DNA of 64,000 nt from positions 2,336,001 to 2,400,000 of the forward strand of contig OZ246001.1 of the NCBI GenBank assembly GCA_965230295.1, in the 5' to 3' direction. The notes under the pieces were generated by a model. It saw only the letters and a program-made list of their open reading frames with translations. It was not told where the DNA came from and did no database searches. This document shows, piece after piece, positions 48,136 through 57,066 of this stretch. The position numbers and the translations under genes were made by a program. The stretch comes from Marinicella sp. Its GTDB lineage: Bacteria > Pseudomonadota > Gammaproteobacteria > Xanthomonadales > Marinicellaceae. Every line of letters begins with the position of its first letter. The first letter of the stretch is position 1.

Positions 48136-50724
48136 ATGGCTTTATTGGCACCACCAGACCATGCCGATGACTACTTTGACTTGAATGAACTGGCTGCCAT
48201 CAAAGGTCAGCCCATCACTGCCTATAAAAAACTGCTGCAATCAGCTGATGAGAAGTTGAATCAGGCATTTTATCAATGGCAAAACATCTCAAGACTGGTC
48301 AGAACCCGGGCTTGGGTGGTTGAACAGCTGGTTATTGAACTGTGGCGCCGCAATGAACTGGATCAACATCAACTGGCTTTGGTGGCTGTGGGTGGATTCG
48401 GGCGAGGTGATTTACAACCCCATTCTGATGTTGATCTATTGATTTTGTATCACCAAAATTTACCTGAAGATGCTGTCAGTGCTTTCATTCAAAACCTGTG
48501 GGATTTGGGTTTGGATGTGGGTCAATCAGTACGTACGGTTAAAGACTCTGTGGCCTTGGCCAGTGATGACATTTCTGTGGCCACCAATTTAATGGAAAGC
48601 CGTTTCATGCAAGGTGAACATCCCTTGTTCAACGACATGTATGAAAAAACCAATGACCGTCACATGTGGTCAGGACGGGATTTCTTTCAGGCCAAATATC
48701 AGGAACAATTGAATCGCCATGAGAAGTGTGGTGGAACAGCCTATAATTTAGAACCCAACATCAAAGAAGGCCAAGGTGGCTTGCGTGACATTCAAATGGT
48801 GACCTGGGTGGCACAGCGACATTTCCATGTGAAATCCATGCATGGGTTAGTAGACGTTGGATTTCTGTTACCCGACGAATACATACAATTACAAAAAGGC
48901 ATGCGCAAGCTTTGGAAAATCCGCTATGCATTGCATTTGTTGGCTGGACGCAAAGAGGATCGGTTGTTGTTTGAACACCAAAAAGAACTGGCCAAGATAT
49001 TTTCATATCAGGATGACGATGAGTCATTGGCGGTAGAAAAATTCATGCAAAGCCATTACCGCAATGCCATGCAGCTTGAACAACTGAATATGCGTTTGTT
49101 GCAGTTGTTTCAGGAAAATATCCTGCAGAACCATGAAGACAAACAAGCGACGGTATTAGATGATGATTTTAAGATCATCAATCAATATTTAGAAGTCAGC
49201 AACCGACAAGTCTTTATCGATCGGCCTGCTGCTTTGTTTGAGGTGTTTCATCATTATCAACAAAACCCTCAGATCCATGGCATCAGAGCCAACACCTTGC
49301 GATACATCAGCCAAAGTTTGTATTTGGTTGACGATGCCTTTCGCCAGGATGACCACATAAAATCCATGTTTGTTGATATTTTCAAGCACAAGAACTTGGT
49401 GTTCAGTCAACTCAAACTGATGAATGCTTTGGGCATACTTGGCGCGTATTTGCCGGTTTTCGGCCGGATTGTCGGTCGCATGCAATATGACCTGTTTCAT
49501 ATGTATACAGTGGATCAGCATACGTTGTTTGTGTTGCGCAACATCCGTAAGATATTTCTTACAGCACGAGAGCACCCGTTGGCCAACGAAGTGTCAAAGC
49601 GGATTGAGTCACCATATGTATTGAATTTGGCAGGTTTCTTTCATGACATAGCCAAAGGCAGAGGGGGTGACCATGCTGAATTAGGGGCTGAAGAAGCCAT
49701 CCTGTTCGGACGTTCTTTTGCTTTGCCAGAGAGCGATGTGGATTTGTTGGTGTGGTTGGTTAAGTACCACTTAATCATGTCTGTGGTGGCACAAAAGCAG
49801 GACATCAGTGACCCACAAGTGATTGCTCAGTTTGCCCACTTGGTGCGTCGGCAAACATACCTGGATCACTTGTATATCTTAACGGTCGCCGACATATCAG
49901 GTACCGATCCAAAATTATGGAACTCTTATAAAGACAGTTTATTGCAAGAACTGTATGCCAGAACCACCCAGTATTTGTCAGCAGAAGAAGATGTTCAGGT
50001 CGAGTCTACAAAAGCTGAAGCCATGGGGTTGATGGATGAAAAACACCATGAGGATGTGGTTGATCTGTGGCAGCATTTTCCAGACCGCTTTTTTGATTAT
50101 TCATCGCCTGAACAAATTGCTCAGATCAGTCTGGCCATTGCAGAAAATAAGCACCAAGCAACGGTTTGTGTCACCGAACAACACAGGGACGGTTTTGAAC
50201 TGATGTTGTATGGCAAAGATCAGACCGGATTGTTTCATCACGTGGTAGGAGTGCTGGCTAATCACCAGATCAGTGTCGGTAATGCCAGAATTTACAGCGG
50301 GTCCAATGGTTTTGTTTTGGATTACTTTCATTGTTTGGGTGATTACGATGTCAATACCATAAAACAATTAGAAATGGAGTTGTTGACCGTGATTCAATCA
50401 GGTTTGAAACAAACCACAAAACGTGAAATGGTTGTCAGTCGTCGTGAAAAAATGTTTCTGGAGCAACCTAAAATGAATTTTTCTGCAGGACGGCATGAGC
50501 ATGAAACACGATTTGAGGTCACATGTACAGATTATGCCGGCTTATTGGTTAACATCACCCAAATTTTTGTTGATCAAAACATCGACATACATGCTGCTAA
50601 AATTGGTACATTTGGTCACCGGGCAGAAGACGTGTTTTGGCTGTCTCATGAAGACAGGGCTTTGTCAGTTGACATCCAAATTGCGATCAAAAAAGAAATG
50701 TTCGAGATGCTAAGAAAAATATAA
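48136..50724 (+). CDS. glnD: PII uridylyltransferase/uridylyl-removing enzyme
   Basis: AVGGFGRG...HSDVDLL, EPNIKE..GGLRD, HD domain (YTVDQH...HDIAKGR), two ACT domains; map-glnD synteny. Confidence 0.96.
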   Translation: MALLAPPDHADDYFDLNELAAIKGQPITAYKKLLQSADEKLNQAFYQWQNISRLVRTRAWVVEQLVIELWRRNELDQHQLALVAVGGFGRGDLQPHSDVDLLILYHQNLPEDAVSAFIQNLWDLGLDVGQSVRTVKDSVALASDDISVATNLMESRFMQGEHPLFNDMYEKTNDRHMWSGRDFFQAKYQEQLNRHEKCGGTAYNLEPNIKEGQGGLRDIQMVTWVAQRHFHVKSMHGLVDVGFLLPDEYIQLQKGMRKLWKIRYALHLLAGRKEDRLLFEHQKELAKIFSYQDDDESLAVEKFMQSHYRNAMQLEQLNMRLLQLFQENILQNHEDKQATVLDDDFKIINQYLEVSNRQVFIDRPAALFEVFHHYQQNPQIHGIRANTLRYISQSLYLVDDAFRQDDHIKSMFVDIFKHKNLVFSQLKLMNALGILGAYLPVFGRIVGRMQYDLFHMYTVDQHTLFVLRNIRKIFLTAREHPLANEVSKRIESPYVLNLAGFFHDIAKGRGGDHAELGAEEAILFGRSFALPESDVDLLVWLVKYHLIMSVVAQKQDISDPQVIAQFAHLVRRQTYLDHLYILTVADISGTDPKLWNSYKDSLLQELYARTTQYLSAEEDVQVESTKAEAMGLMDEKHHEDVVDLWQHFPDRFFDYSSPEQIAQISLAIAENKHQATVCVTEQHRDGFELMLYGKDQTGLFHHVVGVLANHQISVGNARIYSGSNGFVLDYFHCLGDYDVNTIKQLEMELLTVIQSGLKQTTKREMVVSRREKMFLEQPKMNFSAGRHEHETRFEVTCTDYAGLLVNITQIFVDQNIDIHAAKIGTFGHRAEDVFWLSHEDRALSVDIQIAIKKEMFEMLRKI

Positions 50725-50928
50725 CCTCTGAATTTTCAAATTTTTATACTAATTTCTTTTGAATAGTACTGAAAACTTGAATTGTTTTTATAGATATTTG
50801 CATCAAAAATCTCAATATTCAATTCTATATTTAGGGTTCAAAAAACTAATTCTAAATTCGACTTTTATTAGATAATGTAAAATGAACAAGAATTATGTAA
50901 TTAATAATAAAAAATACTGGAGAATGCT

Positions 50929-52146
50929 GTGCTCATTCATAAGAAAACAATAAAGAAAATTGTAGTCTTTTACATGTTAGTGGTTGTTGTTTTTGGGTCA
51001 TTAGCTGAAAATTTGATAATAGATGTTGATGGAAATACATATTTACTTCCTATCAGTGGTGAAGTTCAAATTGATTTTGATGATGGAGATGTTACCGTTT
51101 CATTTAATGAAAAAGATGAAAATGTAAGGAAAGTATATGCAGCTCTTCAAAATAACACTTTTACTGTAAATAAAAGTAAAAATTATTTACATGATCAAAA
51201 TGATATCCTAGAAAATAATAAAAAACTAGAAAGAAACTCATATCTTTACATTCTTGTAAATTCAACAGCTAAGTCGATAAAGTCGAATGTTAATATTGAA
51301 ATACAAAGGCTGATTGAAAATCTTAATTATATAAAGTCAGGATTTTGTCAACTTCCTAAAGATCTATTTTTTAATCCAGGAAATTTAAAATGTAACAATA
51401 TATTAATCAAAAAAGAAATAGAATTTGGATCTAAGGGCGAGGTTGTCGAATATATATTGATTCTTCAAAAAAGGATAAATATTCTTGAGTCAAACGTTTT
51501 TAATCTAAGAAATTTAATTTCTCATGTTGAGGAAAATTTTATAAAAAATGAAAATAATGAACAACTACTAAAAAATGAATCACTTGTGATTGATGGTTTT
51601 GATTCAAATGTCAATTATTATAAAGAGATGATTAGAGATTTAAAAGTAGACCTAAATATCGAAATGACAATGAAGAATACTATTAAAACTGATCTTGAAT
51701 TGATGAAAAACAAATACAATGATGAAAAGGATCAAAATATAGAACTTCAAAGCAACTTGAAAAGTGAAATATATCTTAGAAATTTGCTTATATATTCTAT
51801 TTTTACAATTGTAGTTTCGATTATATTTGTTTTGATTGTTTCCAAAACATTAAAAAATAGAAATACGCAATTTAATAATAAATTGGAATTTCTAAAAAAA
51901 GAAAAAGTTGATTTGTCAAATAGGTTAAACCAATTAAATTATTTAAGAGTTTTTTTACTTACTTTTACGTCTTTAACAGTATTAGGTTTCGCTTATAGGC
52001 AGCTTTTTGTTAGCAATATTCAAATGCAAGATTTAGCAATTTTAATACCTGTTATTTTAGCTTTAGGATCTATTCCGTATTTTGTCCATAAAATTATTCT
52101 CAGTACTAAACAAGAACTAATCAATATTCTCAGTCAATTAGATTAG
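50929..52146 (+). CDS. Hypothetical AT-rich membrane protein with coiled-coil region
   Basis: 405-aa open frame with GGAG SD; N-terminal hydrophobic segment, heptad-like middle, three C-terminal hydrophobic helices; no known motif recognised. Confidence 0.7.
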   Translation: MLIHKKTIKKIVVFYMLVVVVFGSLAENLIIDVDGNTYLLPISGEVQIDFDDGDVTVSFNEKDENVRKVYAALQNNTFTVNKSKNYLHDQNDILENNKKLERNSYLYILVNSTAKSIKSNVNIEIQRLIENLNYIKSGFCQLPKDLFFNPGNLKCNNILIKKEIEFGSKGEVVEYILILQKRINILESNVFNLRNLISHVEENFIKNENNEQLLKNESLVIDGFDSNVNYYKEMIRDLKVDLNIEMTMKNTIKTDLELMKNKYNDEKDQNIELQSNLKSEIYLRNLLIYSIFTIVVSIIFVLIVSKTLKNRNTQFNNKLEFLKKEKVDLSNRLNQLNYLRVFLLTFTSLTVLGFAYRQLFVSNIQMQDLAILIPVILALGSIPYFVHKIILSTKQELINILSQLD

Positions 52147-52165
52147 GTTTCTGAGTAAATATTTT

Positions 52166-52924
52166 TCAAAATATCTTGTACAAAAAGCCAGCGAATACAG
52201 ACAGCCTTTGGTCGTCATCTACTATTGGGCTGTTGCTGATTTCATCGCTGTAAAACTCATTTTGTATGTTGCCAACAAATGACCACTTGTCATTGATTCC
52301 AAACAACCCAAATACACCCAGTTGATAAGAGTGTGCCGAACCTGTTTGATAGGCAGGGGTGGTTACAGTGGCATCGATGGGCCTGACGCCAAAGAAGTAA
52401 TTCACCACTTCTTCGGTGTGGTGTTCATAAGACAGTTGGGGCATGATCAACCAACGCTTGTAGAAAATGGGCGCTGAATAGCTGAAGCTGCTGGAAGAAC
52501 CATTGTGTTTGTTGTTGATTTCATGGTTGTGTTTGATCTTGAATAAACCCACTTTACTTTTGTATTGTGCCGATACAAAAGTATTCACCGGAAAGCTTAA
52601 ATCAGGTAAATCGCGCAGTAAACGGCTGTCACCTCGATCGGTGTCACCCACTAAGTTTACGCCCAAGCCAAAATCAACTTCCCAGTTCTTTTCATCAATC
52701 AGGTTGAAGCCGATGTCACCGGCTTGTACATAGAATCGTTTGTACTGGTAATCTATGGCCGGGAAAATTCTGGATTGACTGCTGCCTCCCAGATAGATAG
52801 ATTGGCTGTTGACGGCAGCTAAGCCAATTTGTAATTCGTGTTCTTTGGGTGGTGAGTCTGGAACAGGTTGAGCCAGACTGGCAGTCGAGGTAAATAATAA
52901 AAGGCATGGTAGGATGGTTTTCAT
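52166..52924 (-). CDS. MipA/OmpV-family outer-membrane protein
   Basis: Signal peptide; Y.G......P, VNYFFGV, EISNSPIVD, terminal YKIF. Confidence 0.85.
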   Translation of the reverse strand: MKTILPCLLLFTSTASLAQPVPDSPPKEHELQIGLAAVNSQSIYLGGSSQSRIFPAIDYQYKRFYVQAGDIGFNLIDEKNWEVDFGLGVNLVGDTDRGDSRLLRDLPDLSFPVNTFVSAQYKSKVGLFKIKHNHEINNKHNGSSSSFSYSAPIFYKRWLIMPQLSYEHHTEEVVNYFFGVRPIDATVTTPAYQTGSAHSYQLGVFGLFGINDKWSFVGNIQNEFYSDEISNSPIVDDDQRLSVFAGFLYKIF

Positions 52925-52941
52925 GATTGGTTCCTGTTGCG

Positions 52942-53598
52942 TTATTTGATCAGTTTCTGGCCCGCTTTTTTGATGTTTTCTTTACTGACTTTGGCTGGAA
53001 TGTTGATGCCTTTGATCACAGCAGGGCGTTGACCAATTTCATCAGTCCATTGTTTCAAATGTTTAAAAGGGCTTAATTCAACACCTGACCAATTGTGGGT
53101 ATGTACCCAACACCAATTGGCGATGTCAGCAATTGAATAACCTCCTGCTAAATACTCAGCATCTTTGAGGCGGTTGTCTAAAATGCCAAACAAGCGTTTG
53201 ACTTCGTTCTGATAACGTTCAATGGCTGCTGGTATTTTTTCCGGAAAATAACGATAAAACACATTGGCTTGTCCCATCATGGGGCCGATGCCTGACATTT
53301 GGAACATCAGCCACTGCATCACCACAGATTTGCCCTTGGCATCTGTAGGCATCAATTGGCCATACTTTTCGGCCAGGTAGACCATGATGGCACCACTTTC
53401 GAAGACCACGAAATCGTTCGCTTCAGTGTCTACGATGGTTGGGATTCTGCCATTTGGATTCAGTGCAGTGTATGCCTCAGTTTTCTGCTCGTTTTCAGCT
53501 AAATTGAGTGCGATTAACCGGTAATCGATCCCCAGTTCTTCCAGCATGACAGATATTTTCCAGCCATTGGGTGTGGCTGCTGTGTATAGTTTGATCAT
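52942..53598 (-). CDS. Glutathione S-transferase (YfcG/YghU-like)
   Basis: TPNGWKI..MLEE, NPNGRIP, FESGAI, GPMMGQ; GAGG-less start MIKLY at 53598 assumed (ORF opens at 53613). Confidence 0.9.
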   Translation of the reverse strand: MIKLYTAATPNGWKISVMLEELGIDYRLIALNLAENEQKTEAYTALNPNGRIPTIVDTEANDFVVFESGAIMVYLAEKYGQLMPTDAKGKSVVMQWLMFQMSGIGPMMGQANVFYRYFPEKIPAAIERYQNEVKRLFGILDNRLKDAEYLAGGYSIADIANWCWVHTHNWSGVELSPFKHLKQWTDEIGQRPAVIKGINIPAKVSKENIKKAGQKLIK

Positions 53599-53752
53599 TG
53601 AGGTAATCGCCAACGAAATGATTAATTATAAATCTTATTATAAAAAGTTGGCGTTGGTTTTGAGTGAATTGTGCGGATTAATTTTTTCAGCAGTGGTAAA
53701 AGGTTTGAATGAAAAACTCGTCCTTGAGTCTTCCTTGGTAGTCAGTATATCT

Positions 53753-54067
53753 TCAGCCATCTCCATTGAAGCTTTCAGTCAGTACTTTTGAATTGTGGAT
53801 AGAATTGGCTCTTCTCATGTCTTCAGCTTGATTCCGTTCTCGCCTTTTCTCTTCTCTGGTGGTGCAGCTTTTGGTTTTCAGGTGTGACCCTGTCTTGCGA
53901 TGAGATTCACAAACGACTTCATGCTTGTCACCGGTTTTGGTTAATTTAAAGGATGATGCTTGGTCTGTTTGGTAGTATTCATCACCAATTTTTACCCCAA
54001 CAACCTTATTGGGTGAAGAATTACAAGCTGTTAATACAAAAAAGAAAATAAGTAAAAGTAGTTTCAT
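53753..54067 (-). CDS. Hypothetical lipoprotein
   Basis: Lipobox LTAC; VVC....TGSH....C motif; GGAG SD. Confidence 0.75.
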   Translation of the reverse strand: MKLLLLIFFFVLTACNSSPNKVVGVKIGDEYYQTDQASSFKLTKTGDKHEVVCESHRKTGSHLKTKSCTTREEKRRERNQAEDMRRANSIHNSKVLTESFNGDG

Positions 54068-54349
54068 AATGTTCTCCGTACGATAATATTAGTAGATAGT
54101 CAGATTAATATAAATGATTCTTTTCAGATGTGCAAATGATAATTACCTGGAAACCAGTAAAACTTTAAATTTAAGGTGTTAGAAATGGATGTGTGATACC
54201 CCAAAAGAATGGTTTGGCACATTCCTGCTACTAAAAGTCATGAATGTCGTCAAGTCAACACCACAGCTTAATCAAAACTTTGTGAAAGTTCTTGGGATGT
54301 TCTTCGATTGACCGGCTAAAACCTTAACTTGGTAATAGATGGTATGTGC

Positions 54350-56923
54350 TTAACCAGGAAAAATGAGTTCTTTAGCAGGTTGCCTTAAGTTGTATTGTGA
54401 TGACATGACGGCTCCATAGGCGCCAGTGTTGGCAATCAGAATGGTGTCACCTACTTCGGTTTTCGGCATTTTTCGATCAACACCCAGTACGTCACCGGAT
54501 TCACACATGGGACCGACAATACTCGCTGTATATTGGGTCGGTGCCTCCAGACGGCTTAAATTGACAATGTTGTGCCAGGCACCGTACAGTGCTGGTCTGA
54601 TCAAAGAGTTCATGCCGGTTTCGATGCCGATATAACCTTGGTTTTCTTTCCATTTAGTTTGAGTCACTTGAGCCATTAATATGCCACAATGAGCAACCAA
54701 AAATCTTCCTGGTTCCATCCATAAATCCACTTGGTTGTGGGTTTTTTTGAAGTTTAACAAGGCTGTGTTTAAGGCGGTCATGTCCAGTCCCATGTCGCCT
54801 GGATTTTCCCTGATGCCCAAGCCACCACCGAGGTTGATGATTTTCACATTTGGGAAATAAGACATGCATTGCCCTAAGTACTCGGCGATGCGAGGCCAGT
54901 TGTTGTGATCAAGTATGCCACTACCTGCATGTGAATGAAGCCCCACCACATGTATGTTTTGTTGTTGACACCATTTTGAAACTGCTTGTACTTCAGCCGG
55001 CGGGATTCCAAATTTTGAATGTGTCCCTGCGGTTCTTACATAACGGTGGTGACCACTGCCGTGACCTGGGTCCAGGCGCAAAATCACTGATTTTTGGGTA
55101 AACATTTCTGGATAATCGTACAGCAAAGTTGGGTTGTCAATGGTGACATGCAAACCTTTGTTGATGGCCATTTGGTATTCTTCAACCGGTGCAAAATTAG
55201 GAGTGAACAAGATGTGGTCAGGCACTATGTCATGACAACATGATGAAACCCGTTCTATTTCTTCAGGTGAAACAGTTTCCAGGCAAATGCCATGGCTGTA
55301 AATGTACGACAATATTTCCGGGTGAGAATTCGCTTTGCTGGCATAATAAAAACGATCAATCGCTGTGATTTGATTGAGTTGGTCGATTTGATGTTTAATG
55401 GTGGGTAGATGGTAAACATAACAAGGTGAATGATCGGCAGACAATGACAACAATGCCTGTTGGTGTTGTTGCCACCAGGCTTGGGTCTTTTCAGGTAATT
55501 TTGATTTGTCTTGGATCAATTCAGCCCAGGTGGGGCCGAAATCATCGAGTTCTTTGTCTTCAATAATCAGCACTTCATGCAAGGCGCGGGCCAATTTGTC
55601 AGCTTGATCTTCATCGACGACAAAGGTTTGGTTGAGGTCATTTGATGATTGTGTGGTGATGTATATGCGTTGGTCTGCAAAGGTAGATAACACCGGTGCA
55701 ATTTTGTCTGCCAAAGCACGTATTCGATAACCAACCAAAGTCACGGCAGAGCAGTTTTGAAAAATCTCTACCTCACACATGGGTGCCAGTTCTGTTTTTA
55801 ATTCAGCCAACACACTGTCAGTCAGTATGTTGTCTATGTTGTCCAGAGAGATGGTGATGTTGGTTTGTGCTGTTGAAACCAAATCAATGGACAAACCCAG
55901 TTTCTTGTAGATGCCAAATACATCACCCATGAAGCCAGCCTGGTGCCACATGTTGATCGATTCCATGGAAACCAGTGTCACTTGATGGCGGTTGTTGATG
56001 GCCGAGACACGCGGTTTTTTGGCGCTGTATTCTGTGGCCAATACGGTGCCCTTGGCATCAGGGTGATTGGTGTTCTTGATGACCAATGGGATGTTGTTTT
56101 GTTCGACTGGCAAGATGCAGCGAGGGTGTAGTACTTTACCCCCACTGGCTGCAATTTCTCTGGCTTCCTGATAACCCAGATTCAACAACAAGCGGGCATT
56201 GGGAATGCTGTGCGGATTGGCACTGAAAATGCCGTGGACATCAGTCCATATTTCCAGTCTGGAGGCATTCAAAATAACCGCCATATAGGCTGCAGTGGTG
56301 TCAGAACCGCCTCGGCCCAACAACACCGTTTGCTTGCTTGAATTACTGGCAATGAACCCTGGTATGACATAGAAGTTATCAGTCAGTTTTTGATTGATGC
56401 CGGTATCAGGTATGATGTCACATTTGGCCGATAAAATTTGGCTGTCTGTGCTCCGTTTGTCATCATCTGAACTGACTAACCAGTCTTTGGGGTCAAGGCT
56501 TTGGGCAGGTAATTTTTGGCCAAGGTACTGGATGATGATTTTATGGGTGCACAATTCTCCCATGGCCAACAATTCAGCTTGCTGTAAAGTTGTCAGGGAA
56601 GGTGTGTTGTCCAGTTTCTGCAACAGAAGAAAATCATTTTCCAAGCACTGGGTATCTACATTCAATTGGTCAGCTAATGATGAAATACCTGATATGAAAT
56701 CGGCGTAGATAGACACATTATCATTGATTTTCCGTGTCAGTAAATTGGTTAATCCTGAAGCAGCAGAATGTACCAACAAGACTTTGTGTCCTTGTTTAAT
56801 CCGGGCTGACACAACGTCGACAATGACTTGCCATTTTTCGAGGCTGGAAACTGACGTTCCACCGAATTTCAATACCACCCAAGAATTCAAAACTTCACCT
56901 GATTTTGCGGTTAAAAAATGCAA
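54350..56923 (-). CDS. lysAC: Bifunctional aspartate kinase / diaminopimelate decarboxylase
   Basis: VLKFGGTSV, LGRGGSDT, ACT domains; then YASKAN, HSHAGSG, NLGGG, EPGR, GPMCESGD, GAYG. True start may be slightly downstream. Confidence 0.93.
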   Translation of the reverse strand: MHFLTAKSGEVLNSWVVLKFGGTSVSSLEKWQVIVDVVSARIKQGHKVLLVHSAASGLTNLLTRKINDNVSIYADFISGISSLADQLNVDTQCLENDFLLLQKLDNTPSLTTLQQAELLAMGELCTHKIIIQYLGQKLPAQSLDPKDWLVSSDDDKRSTDSQILSAKCDIIPDTGINQKLTDNFYVIPGFIASNSSKQTVLLGRGGSDTTAAYMAVILNASRLEIWTDVHGIFSANPHSIPNARLLLNLGYQEAREIAASGGKVLHPRCILPVEQNNIPLVIKNTNHPDAKGTVLATEYSAKKPRVSAINNRHQVTLVSMESINMWHQAGFMGDVFGIYKKLGLSIDLVSTAQTNITISLDNIDNILTDSVLAELKTELAPMCEVEIFQNCSAVTLVGYRIRALADKIAPVLSTFADQRIYITTQSSNDLNQTFVVDEDQADKLARALHEVLIIEDKELDDFGPTWAELIQDKSKLPEKTQAWWQQHQQALLSLSADHSPCYVYHLPTIKHQIDQLNQITAIDRFYYASKANSHPEILSYIYSHGICLETVSPEEIERVSSCCHDIVPDHILFTPNFAPVEEYQMAINKGLHVTIDNPTLLYDYPEMFTQKSVILRLDPGHGSGHHRYVRTAGTHSKFGIPPAEVQAVSKWCQQQNIHVVGLHSHAGSGILDHNNWPRIAEYLGQCMSYFPNVKIINLGGGLGIRENPGDMGLDMTALNTALLNFKKTHNQVDLWMEPGRFLVAHCGILMAQVTQTKWKENQGYIGIETGMNSLIRPALYGAWHNIVNLSRLEAPTQYTASIVGPMCESGDVLGVDRKMPKTEVGDTILIANTGAYGAVMSSQYNLRQPAKELIFPG

Positions 56924-57066
56924 ACTTTAGGGAAAAAAAATAAATCATGCAAGTATTATCGTTTAATATGTTCTTAAGTTATACCCGCACTTGATTTGAT
57001 CCGTCTCGGGACAGATAGAAATCAAACAATCCACAGACAACTGAATGAAGCAGGAAGACAGTATTT

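Noticed and set aside
54215-54229. Sigma54-like TGGCAC...TGCT motif
   Set aside because: GG-to-GC spacing is 9 nt rather than the required 10, and it points away from the adjacent minus-strand genes.
54189-54311. About 40-codon plus-strand ORF (MCDTPKEWFG...) in the lysAC-lipoprotein gap
   Set aside because: No convincing SD or motif; cannot be told from chance.
54350-56923. Aspartate kinase-DAP decarboxylase fusion as a novelty; lysine riboswitch upstream
   Set aside because: The fusion is known in Xanthomonadales and Legionella; the 143-bp divergent gap is AT-rich with no riboswitch-like structure.
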